This document shows, one piece after another, positions 11,125-20,573 of a DNA stretch of 64,000 nt. The position numbers and the translations under genes are program-made. The stretch is taken from positions 1-64,000 of the forward strand of contig JBGPFC010000024.1 in NCBI GenBank assembly GCA_041483195.1, given 5' to 3'. The DNA is from Candidatus Eiseniibacteriota bacterium. GTDB taxonomy: Bacteria > Eisenbacteria > RBG-16-71-46. Position 1 is the first letter of the stretch. Every line of letters begins with the position of its first letter. A model generated the notes under the pieces. It saw only the letters and a program-made list of their open reading frames with translations. It ran no database searches and was not told the origin of the DNA.

Positions 11125-11148
11125 CGGAATTGCCGCGCCACCCGGGGC

Positions 11149-12273
11149 TCAGGAGGCGATCAGCTCCACGTTCGCGCGCGGCACGATCGCCCGGCTCCGG
11201 TCGTCCGCGAACTCGACCACCAGCACCCTCACGTGCGCCTCGCTGTCGAGCTCCTGCAGCTCGCTCGGCAGCTCGACCACGTTGCCGATGCGTCCGAAAT
11301 AGGGCTGGCGGATGACGCGCAGCAGCGAGCCGATCTCGAGCCCGGTCGAGACCCCGGCATCCGCGGTGCCCGCGGCCTGCGCCGCGCGCGGGATGATGAT
11401 CTCGGGCCGCATCACCCCCGCGCGGATCTGGGTGGCCCCGCTGACCGACGCCATCTGCCCGGCGTGGCCCGAGAGCATGCGATGGGTTCGCGCCGCCATC
11501 GGGATCCGCCCGAATCCCTCGGTGAGCACGAGCGTGAAGCCCAGCTCCTCGGCGCCCGTGATCGCGACCCCGAGGTCGCGCCCCAGCAGCTCGCGCAGGT
11601 CGCGATCGTCGAACCCGCCGACCACCACCGCGGCGACGCCCAGCTCGCGAGCGCGCATCAGCGTGCGGTGCGAGACGTAGGAGCCGCCCACCACCACCTT
11701 CCCGCGATGCGCGGGGACCAGCGCCGCGGCGAGCAGCTCGTCGTCCGGCTTCGTCACCGCGATCGCGATCTCGCCCCAGGTCTCGCCGCCGACGCCGAAG
11801 ATCCCCTGCATGAATGCGCCCTGGGTCTCGATCACGACGCCCTCGCCCGCGATGATCTCGGCCACGCGGCCCTGGACGAAGGCGTTGACCTCGACCGGGA
11901 TCGGCGGCTCGCGCAGGATGAGCTGCCCGGTGATGTGCGAGACGCTCTCGATCGTGCCGTCCGCTGGAGCGGTCACGGTGGTCTGAATGAGTCCGAACAG
12001 GCTCCGGCCGCGCGCGATGATCTCCCCGGAGCGCACCGCGGAGGCGATCGGACGAACCAGCGCGCCCGCGACCTGCGCGGGATCGAGCGAGAGCTTGCCC
12101 GCGACGTTCACGGTCTGAACGTTGCCCGGCAACTCGGTGCGCGCCACTACCGTCTCGGGCGTGACCTCCTGCCCGGGAGCCACCAGCACCTGGCCCTTGA
12201 GCGGGAGCCTGCGCTCGCGGCGCAGCACCGCGTAGTCGGTGACGCGCAGGCCCGGCGTGTAGGCGTGCGCCAT
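11149..12273 (-). CDS. Uncharacterised soluble protein (374 aa) with barrel-sandwich-hybrid-like N-terminus and KOW-like C-terminus
   Basis: Start re-called at ATG 12273 (MAHAYTPGL), 1 nt after the upstream stop. Motifs VLVAPGQEV, VRSGEIIA, VTAPADGTIESV, QGIFGVGGE, LTEGFG, TQIRAGVMRPE and IGSLLRVIRQPYFGRIGNV. Confidence 0.8.
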   Translation of the reverse strand: MAHAYTPGLRVTDYAVLRRERRLPLKGQVLVAPGQEVTPETVVARTELPGNVQTVNVAGKLSLDPAQVAGALVRPIASAVRSGEIIARGRSLFGLIQTTVTAPADGTIESVSHITGQLILREPPIPVEVNAFVQGRVAEIIAGEGVVIETQGAFMQGIFGVGGETWGEIAIAVTKPDDELLAAALVPAHRGKVVVGGSYVSHRTLMRARELGVAAVVVGGFDDRDLRELLGRDLGVAITGAEELGFTLVLTEGFGRIPMAARTHRMLSGHAGQMASVSGATQIRAGVMRPEIIIPRAAQAAGTADAGVSTGLEIGSLLRVIRQPYFGRIGNVVELPSELQELDSEAHVRVLVVEFADDRSRAIVPRANVELIAS

Positions 12274-12274
12274 C

Positions 12275-14086
12275 TCACACCTCCCGCGGGTACACGGCGA
12301 GCGCGCGATTCCACGCCCGCAGCCGCTGGATTCGCGTCGCGTGGTCGGCCGGCAGCGCGAACGGGCGGCGGCCACGGGTGTCGACGATCAGCCCCACCAC
12401 GCCGCCCGGGATCTCCGCGGTGAGCGGCCGGCCCTTGCCGAGCCCGAGGTCGAAGCCGCGCTCGGGTGCCCCCGTGAGCCGCGCGGTTCCATCCGGCGGC
12501 AGCGGAAGCAGCTCGAGCTCGCCGAAGGCGATCCGCCGCGTGACGCTCGCGCTCCCGGGCGCCGCGAGATCGACGGTGACGCACGGCTGACCGGGGCGGC
12601 CGCTCCCGACCGGAGCGAGCACCGCGCCGAGGCGGATCAGGCAGTCGCGCTCGAACACCTGGGTCGCGGCCTCCTCGTGAACGGTGGAGAGCACCCCGAG
12701 CTGGGGCGCCATGAAGATGCTGTCGACCGCGAGCTGCGTGAGCCCCTCGGGGAGAAACGCGTCCACCATCATGAACGCGGCCTGCACGCGACGCGGCGCG
12801 TGCGACAGCACGCCCCCCGAGCCCACGAGCAACCCGAGGTCGAGGAGGTTGACGAGCGATCCGCCGCTCTCGCTCTGGCTCATGATGTCGGAGATGGTGC
12901 GCTCGGTCTGCACGCCCTTGAGGCCCACCGCGAGCGACTTGTGCTGCTCGAACGCGAGCCGCAGCGCCTCGCGGGCGATGGCCTGCTCGATCACCAGGTC
13001 CTCGAGTGCCTGCGGGATGGTGGTGGGACGGATCATCTTGTTCTTGATCCGGTTGCGCAGCTCGACTTCGTCCACCTCGAACGGCACCCAGCGCAGGATG
13101 TTGTCGATCCCCGCCTCGGCCATCACGTTCGACACCGAATAGCTCATGCCGAGATTGGCGGAAACGGTGCGGTTGAAGACCTCCTGAAACACCGAGAACA
13201 CGTCGGTGGTCGCGCCGCCGATGTCCACCCCCACCACCGCCACCCGGTCCCGGCGCGCGACCTTCTCGATGATGATGCCGACCGCGCCCGGCGTCGGCAT
13301 GATCGGGACCGGCGACCAGGTCATGAGCTTCTTGTACCCCGGCGCGTGCGCCATGACGTGCTCCATGAACAGGTCGTGGATCGCGTCGCGCGCGGGTTTC
13401 AGGTTTTCCTGTTCGAGCCGCGGCCGCAGATTGGGAACCACCGAGAGCGCGGTGCTCCCCGCCAGGCACTCTCGGACGATGCCGGCCGCGTCCTTGTTCC
13501 CGGCGTAGATGACGGGCAGCTCGTAGCCCGCGCCGAGCCGGGCCTTGGGGTCGGCGGCCTTCAGGATCTCGGCCATCTCGGCGACGCGTTTCACGTCGCC
13601 CCCGTCGGTGCCACCCGACAGCAGGATCATGTCGGGGCGCAGCTGGCGGAGCCGCCGAATCTTCTCGTGCGGCCGCCGGCCGTCGTTGAGCGCGATGACA
13701 TCCATCACGATCGCCCCCGCCCCGAGCGCCGCGCGCTGGGCGCTCTCCCCCGTCATCTGCAGCACCAGCCCCGAGACCATCATCTGCAGACCGCCGCCCG
13801 CGCTCGAGGTCGAGACGTAGAGGTCGACCCCCGCGTTCCCATGCTGCGGGCTCACGATGCGTTCGCCGTCGAGGATCGGACGCCCCGCGAGCTCCTCGAC
13901 CTCGCGCACGGCGTTCAACACGCCGCGCGTGACATCTTCGAACGGGGCCTCCACGGTGGTCGGGGCCTCGCCGCGCACCACCAGATGGTAGCCGTCGTCC
14001 CGAAGCTCGATGAGGATCGCCTTGGTCGTGGTCGAGCCGCAATCGGTCGCGAGAATCGATCGGATCGGATTCGGCGGGGTCTGCAT
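12275..14086 (-). CDS. GlmL/MutL (glutamate mutase L)-like ASKHA-fold protein, 603 aa
   Basis: Two actin-like phosphate motifs ATDCGSTTTKA and GVDIGGATTDVF; SSAGGGL, ALGAGA, PDMILLSGGTDGG, MPTPGAV, RTVSANLGM, GSGGVLSH. Confidence 0.8.
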   Translation of the reverse strand: MQTPPNPIRSILATDCGSTTTKAILIELRDDGYHLVVRGEAPTTVEAPFEDVTRGVLNAVREVEELAGRPILDGERIVSPQHGNAGVDLYVSTSSAGGGLQMMVSGLVLQMTGESAQRAALGAGAIVMDVIALNDGRRPHEKIRRLRQLRPDMILLSGGTDGGDVKRVAEMAEILKAADPKARLGAGYELPVIYAGNKDAAGIVRECLAGSTALSVVPNLRPRLEQENLKPARDAIHDLFMEHVMAHAPGYKKLMTWSPVPIMPTPGAVGIIIEKVARRDRVAVVGVDIGGATTDVFSVFQEVFNRTVSANLGMSYSVSNVMAEAGIDNILRWVPFEVDEVELRNRIKNKMIRPTTIPQALEDLVIEQAIAREALRLAFEQHKSLAVGLKGVQTERTISDIMSQSESGGSLVNLLDLGLLVGSGGVLSHAPRRVQAAFMMVDAFLPEGLTQLAVDSIFMAPQLGVLSTVHEEAATQVFERDCLIRLGAVLAPVGSGRPGQPCVTVDLAAPGSASVTRRIAFGELELLPLPPDGTARLTGAPERGFDLGLGKGRPLTAEIPGGVVGLIVDTRGRRPFALPADHATRIQRLRAWNRALAVYPREV

Positions 14087-14097
14087 GCGATTCCGGG

Positions 14098-14418
14098 TCA
14101 GGACTTCCGCGCGGCGCGCGCGGCGCGCCGGGCTCGATGCGCTTCGTCGGCGCGCGCTTCGATGAGGGCGACCAGCCGGTCCACGGCGTCACGACGCTCG
14201 ACCAGCAGCGCGAAGCGCCGGTACCCGTCGAGCCGGAACAGAGCGGTGACGATCGGCTCGAAGAAGATGAGCGACTGGCTCGCGACCAGCGACAGCGGCC
14301 GCCCGCTCTCGAGCGCGAGGATCGACGGCACCTCGAGGTGCAGCTCGACCAGGCGCGCGGCGACGCGCTCGAGCAGCGCGAGGTCCTCGGGATCGAGCGG
14401 CGCGGGGCTAGAGGCCAT
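14098..14418 (-). CDS. Small hypothetical protein (106 aa)
   Basis: ATG 14418 overlaps the upstream gene end. Helical protein with PSILALESGRPLSLVASQ; natural amino-acid composition. Confidence 0.7.
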   Translation of the reverse strand: MASSPAPLDPEDLALLERVAARLVELHLEVPSILALESGRPLSLVASQSLIFFEPIVTALFRLDGYRRFALLVERRDAVDRLVALIEARADEAHRARRAARAARKS

Positions 14419-14878
14419 GCTGGGCCACGCGGCGGCGGAGCTCGGGCAGGAGGCGGGGGCGCTCGCCGCTCGGGACCGGCAGCCACAGGCCGCGGAACGA
14501 GGCGCGCAGTCCCGGCTCCGCGACCGGGGAAACGAACAGGCCATCGCGCGAGGTCACCGCGCGGCGAATCTCGGCCCACGCGCGGCGGTCCCATCCGAAC
14601 ACGATTCGCCGCCCCACGCCGGCGTCGTCGACGCGGCAGTGCGCGACCAGATAGGCGGGGCCGAGCGAAAACGCGAAGGCGAGCATCAGCAGCGCGCCCA
14701 TCACCGGGACCAGCCTGAGGCTCGCGAGGATCGCCCACACCAGGAGGATCACGAGGCTGCCGACCACGGCGCGGATCGTGTCCTGACGCCACGGATTGTA
14801 CGACCACTCGAGCGGCGCTTCGCTCGCGAGCGGCGCGATGGCCTGCTCCGCCCCGGCCGCCGGCGCCCGAGTCGTCAT
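14408..14878 (-). CDS. Hypothetical membrane protein (2 TM plus possible PH-like domain)
   Basis: ATGA overlap with the gcvPB stop; two hydrophobic helices followed by RVDDAGV...RRAWAEIRR. Confidence 0.7.
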   Translation of the reverse strand: MTTRAPAAGAEQAIAPLASEAPLEWSYNPWRQDTIRAVVGSLVILLVWAILASLRLVPVMGALLMLAFAFSLGPAYLVAHCRVDDAGVGRRIVFGWDRRAWAEIRRAVTSRDGLFVSPVAEPGLRASFRGLWLPVPSGERPRLLPELRRRVAQHGL

Positions 14879-16374
14879 CCGCGCGCGATCGGCTCGGGCG
14901 CGGGCTCGGCCGCGGCGCTCGGCACGGTCCAGCGCAGCTTGAGCTCACGCGCGGCGCGTCCCTCGTCGAGCCGGCGCGAGGGCGTCGTGTGCGGAGCGTC
15001 GAGCAGCAGCTGCGGCTCCACGCGCGCCTCCTCCGCGATCTGCTCCATCGCCGCCGCGAAGTGATCGAGCCGGTCGAGCGTCTCGGTTTCGGTGGGCTCG
15101 ATCATGAGCGCTTCCTCGACGATCAGCGGGAAGTAGACGGTCGGCGCGTGCACCCCGAAGTCGAGCAGCCGTTTCGCGACGTCGAGCGTCTTCACCCCGT
15201 ACTTGCGCAGATGACGGCCCGAGAGCACGAACTCGTGCATGCAGTGCTCCGGATGCGGCAGGTCGTAAACGCGCGCGAGGCGCCGCATCAGGTAGTTCGC
15301 GTTCAGGATCGCCGTGCGGCTCACGCGCAGCAGTCCCTCGGGACCGAGGTTCAGGATGTAGACGAGCGCGCGCACCAGGATGCCGAAGTTGCCGTAGTAG
15401 GAGTGCACGCGGCCGACCGACCGGGGCCGGTCGTAGTCGAGGCTCAGCATCCCGTCACGCTCCACGATCACCGGCACCGGGAGAAACGGCTCGAGGTGCG
15501 CCGCCACCGCCACCGGCCCGGCGCCGGGCCCGCCGCCGCCGTGCGGCGTGGAAAACGTCTTGTGCACGTTGATGTGCATGACGTCGAAGCCGAGGTCTCC
15601 GGGGCGCACCCGGCCGACCAGCGCGTTCAGATTGGCTCCGTCCATGTACACCTGCGCCCCGGCCTGGTGGGCGAGTCGCGTCACGGCGAGGATGTTGGGC
15701 TCGAACAGGCCGAGCGTGTTCGGCACGGTGAGCATCACGGCGGCGGCCCGGTCGTCGAGCGCCTCCTTCAGCGCATCGAGGCTGACCGTGGCGTGTTCGC
15801 CGGAGGGAATGGTCACCGTCTCGTAGCCCACGAGATGAACGCTCGCGGGATTGGTGCCGTGCGCGGAATCCGGAACGATCACCCGGCGGCGCCGCTCGCC
15901 CTCGCCGCGCGAGCGATGCCATGCGCGGATCAGCAGCAGGCCGGTGGTCTCGCCGTGGGCGCCGGCGGCGGGCTGGGTCGTGACCGCCGCGAACCCGGTG
16001 ATCGCCCCGAGGGTGTCCTGCAGCTCGCGCATGATGCGGATCGCGCCCTGCGAGTGCTCATCGCCGGCGAGCGGGTGGGCGCCCGCCAGGCCCGGCAACG
16101 ACGCGATCTCGTCGTTGATCTTCGGGTTGTGCTTCATCGTGCAGGACCCGAGCGGGTAGAGGCCGCGGTCGATGTGATGATTGAGGATGGAGAGCTCGAT
16201 GAAGTGGCGCACCACCTCGGGCTCGCTGACCTGCGGAAACCGCAGCGTCTCGCGCAGGCGCGCCCCCCGCAACAGCTCGCCGATCGGCATCGCCGGGACG
16301 TCGCACGCCGGCAGCTCCGGGCCGCGATGGCCCTCTCCACCCTGTTCGATCAGCAGCCGGCGCGCGAGGCTCAC
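14875..16374 (-). CDS. gcvPB: Glycine dehydrogenase (decarboxylating) subunit 2
   Basis: GTG 16374 overlaps the gcvPA stop. YPLGSCTMKHNP, QPAAGAHGE, SAHGTNPAS, YMDGANLNA, PLP lysine in HINVHKTFSTPHGGGGPG, IEPTETE. Confidence 0.95.
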   Translation of the reverse strand: MSLARRLLIEQGGEGHRGPELPACDVPAMPIGELLRGARLRETLRFPQVSEPEVVRHFIELSILNHHIDRGLYPLGSCTMKHNPKINDEIASLPGLAGAHPLAGDEHSQGAIRIMRELQDTLGAITGFAAVTTQPAAGAHGETTGLLLIRAWHRSRGEGERRRRVIVPDSAHGTNPASVHLVGYETVTIPSGEHATVSLDALKEALDDRAAAVMLTVPNTLGLFEPNILAVTRLAHQAGAQVYMDGANLNALVGRVRPGDLGFDVMHINVHKTFSTPHGGGGPGAGPVAVAAHLEPFLPVPVIVERDGMLSLDYDRPRSVGRVHSYYGNFGILVRALVYILNLGPEGLLRVSRTAILNANYLMRRLARVYDLPHPEHCMHEFVLSGRHLRKYGVKTLDVAKRLLDFGVHAPTVYFPLIVEEALMIEPTETETLDRLDHFAAAMEQIAEEARVEPQLLLDAPHTTPSRRLDEGRAARELKLRWTVPSAAAEPAPEPIARG

Positions 16375-17711
16375 GGGCGGGCCCCCGCGAGCTTCAACAC
16401 ATCGACCCAGCGGTCGATCTCCTCGCGGCTCCGCTGCTCCGTGACCGCGACCAGCAGCCAGCGCTTCCAGCCGGGGCGGAACTGGCCGAGGTCGACGCCC
16501 GCGAGGATGCCGCGTGGGACCCCGGCGCGCACCACCACCGCGGCGTCCACCGGGCACTCCAGCGCGAACTCGCGAAAGAAAGTTGCGTCGTGCACCAGGC
16601 GGAAGCCCGGCAGCGCGGCCGCGCGACGCGCCGCGTAATGGGAATTCTGAACGCACAGCTCCGCGACCTCGCGCATCCCATCGCGCCCCAGCAGCCCCAT
16701 GTGGATGGTCGCGCGCAGCGCGAGCAGACCCTGGTTGGTGCAGATGTTCGAGGTCGCCTTCTCGCGGCGGATGTGCTGCTCGCGGGTCTGGAGCGTGAGG
16801 ACGAAGCCGCGCTCGCCCCGGCGGTCCACGGTCTCCGCGGCGAGCCGTCCCGGCATGCGGCGCACCAGGTCCCTGCGGCACGCGAAGAAACCGAGCAGCG
16901 GTCCGCCGAAGCTGGGCGGGTTGCCGAGGCTCTGTCCCTCGCCCACCACGATGTCGGCCCCGGTCGCGCCGGGCGGCTCGAGCAACGCGAGCGCGATCGG
17001 GTCGCAGATCGCGACCGCGAGCGCACCCGCGGCGTGCACCCGCGCGTGGAGCTCGGCCGGGCTCTCGAGCAGACCGAAGAAGTTGGGGTGCTGATACAAC
17101 ACGCATGCGACATCGGGGCCGAGCGCCCGCTCGAGATCCGAAGGCGCGCAGCGACCGCCGGAGTCCGCGAGCAGCGTGAGATCACGCCCGTCGAGGTAGG
17201 TGTGCAGCACCTGAAGGATGTGGGGATGGATCGCCCCGGCCGCGACCACCCGGCTTCTGCCGGTCTGCGCGCGGCTCATGAGCACGCCTTCCACCGCCGC
17301 GGTCGCGCCGTCGTAGAGCGAGGCGTTCGCGACGTCGCAGCCGGTGAGCTCCGCGATCATGCTCTGGAACTCGAAGATCGCGGTGAGCGTGCCCTGCGCC
17401 ACCTCGGGCTGGTAGGGCGTGTAGGCGGTCGCGAACTCGGAGCGCATCGCCAGCGCGTTCACGGAGGCCGGAACGAAGTGGTCGTAGATCCCGGCGCCCA
17501 TGAACGACACCGCGCGGTCGGCGGCGTTCTCACGCGCGCGCGCGGCGAACCGCCGCCGCACCTCGATCTCGGAGAGCGGGCCATCGATGGCGGGCGGGGC
17601 CTCGAGCAGCACCTCGCGAGGCACCGACTCGAGGAGCGCGTCGAAGCGGTCCACGCCGATCGCGAGCAGCATGCGACGCTCTTCGTCCGGGGAGAGCCCA
17701 ACGAAGCTCAC
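16371..17711 (-). CDS. gcvPA: Glycine dehydrogenase (decarboxylating) subunit 1
   Basis: GTG 17711 overlaps the gcvH stop. FMGAGIYDH, TAYTPYQPEVAQG, NASLYDG, FGGP, TREQHIRREKATSNICTNQ. Confidence 0.95.
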   Translation of the reverse strand: MSFVGLSPDEERRMLLAIGVDRFDALLESVPREVLLEAPPAIDGPLSEIEVRRRFAARARENAADRAVSFMGAGIYDHFVPASVNALAMRSEFATAYTPYQPEVAQGTLTAIFEFQSMIAELTGCDVANASLYDGATAAVEGVLMSRAQTGRSRVVAAGAIHPHILQVLHTYLDGRDLTLLADSGGRCAPSDLERALGPDVACVLYQHPNFFGLLESPAELHARVHAAGALAVAICDPIALALLEPPGATGADIVVGEGQSLGNPPSFGGPLLGFFACRRDLVRRMPGRLAAETVDRRGERGFVLTLQTREQHIRREKATSNICTNQGLLALRATIHMGLLGRDGMREVAELCVQNSHYAARRAAALPGFRLVHDATFFREFALECPVDAAVVVRAGVPRGILAGVDLGQFRPGWKRWLLVAVTEQRSREEIDRWVDVLKLAGARP

Positions 17712-18097
17712 GCGTGCTGCTCCTCCACCAGCTTCTCGTAGTCCACGCTGCTCAGCAGCCGATCGAGGTCGGCGGGATTCACGGGCTTGAGGCGGATCAT
17801 CCAGCCCTCCCCGTACGGCTCCTGGTTCACCAGCGCGGGGTTGTCCGAGAGCGCGCCGTTGACCTCGATGACCTCGCCCGCCACCGGCGCGTAGAGATCG
17901 CTCACCGTCTTGACCGCCTCGACCACGCCGAACGCCTTCCCGGCCTCGAGCTTCTTTCCGACAGCTGGCAGCTCGACGAACACGATGTCTCCGAGCTGGT
18001 CGGTGGCATATCCGGTGATGCCCACCGTGACGATCCCGTGCTCGCCGCGCGCCCACTCGTGCTCGGACGTGTAACGCACATCCTCGGGGTAGCCCAC
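17708..18097 (-). CDS. gcvH: Glycine cleavage system H protein
   Basis: YTSEHEW, GITGYATDQLGDIVFVELP, lipoyl-Lys motif EAVKTVS, NQEPYGEGW. Confidence 0.96.
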   Translation of the reverse strand: MGYPEDVRYTSEHEWARGEHGIVTVGITGYATDQLGDIVFVELPAVGKKLEAGKAFGVVEAVKTVSDLYAPVAGEVIEVNGALSDNPALVNQEPYGEGWMIRLKPVNPADLDRLLSSVDYEKLVEEQHA

Positions 18098-18115
18098 CTC
18101 ATCCTCCTCTGGCGC

Positions 18116-19225
18116 TCACGCCCGGCGCGAGCCCCGCGTGTAGAACGGCCGCGCCGTAACCGATGCCGGCAGTCGCGTCTCGCCGGCGCGAATCTCGAGC
18201 GCGGTCCCCACGGCGGCCGCTGCGTGTTCGACGTATCCCATGCCGATCGGACGCCCGAGGCTGGGGCTGAACGTCCCGCTGGTCACCGTGCCGACCACGC
18301 GCCCGCGAGACTCGATGGGCATCCCGTGCCGCGGCACGCGGCGGCCATCCAGCGCGAATCCCGCGAGCCTGCGCGCCAGGCCGCGCTCCTTCTGGGCCAG
18401 GAGCGACTCGCGGCCGACGAACGCGCTCTTCCTGAGCTTGACCGTCCACCCGAGTCCGGCCTCGAGGGGCGAAGTCGTATCGTCGATGTCGTTCCCGTAG
18501 AGCATGTATCCGACTTCGAGCCTCAGCGTGTCGCGCGCCCCGAGACCCACCGGCTCGAGACCGACCCTGGCCCCGGCGGACACCAGTCCCCCCCAGACCG
18601 CGGCCCCCTCGCCGCTCTCGAAGTACAGCTCGAATCCGTCCTCGCCGGTGTAACCGGTGCGGGAGATCACGCAGTCCACGCCGAAGGCCGGGCCGCGCAT
18701 GAAGCGGTAGTAACCGAGATCGAGCGCGGCATCCGGCACGTGGCCGCGCAGCACCTCCTGGGACTTCGGCCCCTGCACGGCCAGCAGCGCCGTGCGATCC
18801 GACCGGTCCTCCAGTCGCACGCCGGGGGGGCAGTGGTCCTTCAGCCACGCGAAGTCCTTGCCGATGTTGCTGGCGTTCACGACCACCATGAAGTGATCGT
18901 CGAAACGGTAGACCAGCAAGTCGTCAACGATGCCCCCGTCGGGGCGGCACATGGGCGAATAGACGGCCTGGCCGGCCACCGCCGCCGCGAGATCGTTGGT
19001 GATCGCATGGTCGAGGAACCCGAGCGCTCCGTCGCCCGAGACGTGAAACTCGCCCATGTGGGAGATGTCGAAGAGCCCCGCCCGCTCGCGCACGCACTGA
19101 TGCTCACGCACGTCGCCGGTATAGCGCACCGGCATCTCGAAACCGGCGAACTCCACCATCTTCGCGCCCAGCGCGCGATGGAATTCGAAGAATGGAGTGT
19201 GCCGGATGGTCGCGGGACGCTGCAC
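18116..19225 (-). CDS. gcvT: Glycine cleavage system aminomethyltransferase T
   Basis: Start re-called at GTG 19225 after RBS AGGAG. FDISHMG, AVQGP, SRTGYTGEDGFE, GLGARDTLRLE, VTSGTFSP. Confidence 0.95.
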   Translation of the reverse strand: MQRPATIRHTPFFEFHRALGAKMVEFAGFEMPVRYTGDVREHQCVRERAGLFDISHMGEFHVSGDGALGFLDHAITNDLAAAVAGQAVYSPMCRPDGGIVDDLLVYRFDDHFMVVVNASNIGKDFAWLKDHCPPGVRLEDRSDRTALLAVQGPKSQEVLRGHVPDAALDLGYYRFMRGPAFGVDCVISRTGYTGEDGFELYFESGEGAAVWGGLVSAGARVGLEPVGLGARDTLRLEVGYMLYGNDIDDTTSPLEAGLGWTVKLRKSAFVGRESLLAQKERGLARRLAGFALDGRRVPRHGMPIESRGRVVGTVTSGTFSPSLGRPIGMGYVEHAAAAVGTALEIRAGETRLPASVTARPFYTRGSRRA

Positions 19226-19254
19226 GAAGGTCTCCTGGGGGTCGAAGCGCGCGA

Positions 19255-19283
19255 ACGTTATCCGAACCCTCACGGGCGGTCAA
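19255..19283 (-). promoter_or_regulatory. Sigma70-like promoter of the gcv operon
   Basis: TTGACC-N17-TAACGT on the minus strand, about 30 nt upstream of the gcvT start. Confidence 0.6.
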
Positions 19284-19351
19284 GGCACTCGACCGCGCCG
19301 CAGCGCGACGTTCGCGCGCGTGATCAACTGCGCGATTCGACTCGCGCCGCT

Positions 19352-20560
19352 TCACGATCGTGAGCGGCTCAGCACTCCCAGGTCCTGGCCGACGCGCGTG
19401 AAGGCGGAGACCGCCCGATCGATGTCCGCGATCTCGTGCGCCGCCGAGAGCTGCACGCGGATGCGCGCCTGGCCCTTCGGAACCACCGGGAACGAGAAGC
19501 CGATGACATAGATGCCCTCGTCGAGCAACCGCGCCGCCATCTCGTGGGCGAGCCGCTCGTCGTAGAGCATGATCGGGACGATCGGATGGAACCCCGGCCG
19601 GATGTCGAAACCGGCCGCCGCCATCGCCTGTCGGAAGCGCAGCGTGTTCGACTCGAGGCGATCGCGCAGGGCGGTGGTGCCGGACAGCAGGTCGAACACC
19701 GCGATGCTGGCGCCCACCACGTGGGGCGGAAGCGAGTTCGAGAACAGGTAGGGCCGCGAGCGCTGGCGCAGCAGCGCGACGATCTCGCGCCGCCCGCTGG
19801 TGAACCCGCCAATCGCGCCTCCCAGCGCCTTCCCGAGCGTGCCGGTCATGAGGTCCACCCGTCCCTTCACCCCCGCGTGCTCCACCGACCCGCGCCCGGT
19901 CGCGCCGACGAACCCGGTCGCGTGCGAATCGTCGACCATGACCACCGCGCGGTGGCGCTCCGCCAGGTCGCAGATCCTCCCGAGGTCCGCGAGCGTGCCG
20001 TCCATGCTGAAGACGCCGTCGGTCGCGATCAGCTTCTGTCGACAGCCCTTCGCGTCGGCCTCGCGCAGGCAGCGCTCGAGGTCGGCCATGTCGTTGTTCG
20101 CGTAGCGCCAGCGCTGCGCCTTGCACAGCCGCACGCCGTCGATGATCGACGCGTGATTGAGGGCGTCCGAGATGATCGCGTCGTCCTCGCCCAGCAGCGG
20201 CTCGAATACGCCGCCGTTCGCGTCGAAGCAGGCCGCGTACAGGATCGTGTCGTCGGTCCCGAGGAATTCCGAGATCTTCCGCTCCAGCGTGCGATGGAGA
20301 TCCTGCGTCCCGCAGATGAACCGCACCGATGACATGCCGTAACCGTGGCTGTCGAGCGCGCGGTGGGCGGCTGCGATGACGTCCGGATGGCTCGAGAGCC
20401 CCAGGTAGTTGTTGGCGCAGAACACCAGCATCTCGCGCCCGTCGGCGAGCCGCACGCGTGCGCCCTGCGGCGAGGCGAGCACGCGTTCCTCCTTCCACAA
20501 GCCGCCGTCACGGATCTTCTGGAGCTCGGCTTCGAGCAGCGGCTTCATCGTTTCGAACAT
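19352..20560 (-). CDS. kbl: Glycine C-acetyltransferase (2-amino-3-ketobutyrate CoA ligase)
   Basis: [68 protein letters not shown]. Confidence 0.95.
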   Translation of the reverse strand: MFETMKPLLEAELQKIRDGGLWKEERVLASPQGARVRLADGREMLVFCANNYLGLSSHPDVIAAAHRALDSHGYGMSSVRFICGTQDLHRTLERKISEFLGTDDTILYAACFDANGGVFEPLLGEDDAIISDALNHASIIDGVRLCKAQRWRYANNDMADLERCLREADAKGCRQKLIATDGVFSMDGTLADLGRICDLAERHRAVVMVDDSHATGFVGATGRGSVEHAGVKGRVDLMTGTLGKALGGAIGGFTSGRREIVALLRQRSRPYLFSNSLPPHVVGASIAVFDLLSGTTALRDRLESNTLRFRQAMAAAGFDIRPGFHPIVPIMLYDERLAHEMAARLLDEGIYVIGFSFPVVPKGQARIRVQLSAAHEIADIDRAVSAFTRVGQDLGVLSRSRS

Positions 20561-20573
20561 GAGAGCCCCCTCC

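Noticed and set aside
12275..14086. DNA mismatch repair MutL or a functional glutamate mutase
   Set aside because: The name overlap is coincidental: the motifs are ASKHA, not GHKL, and no B12-binding or mutase catalytic subunit is present.
19226..19351. Glycine riboswitch upstream of gcvT
   Set aside because: The predicted leader is only about 25 nt and no aptamer motifs are visible.
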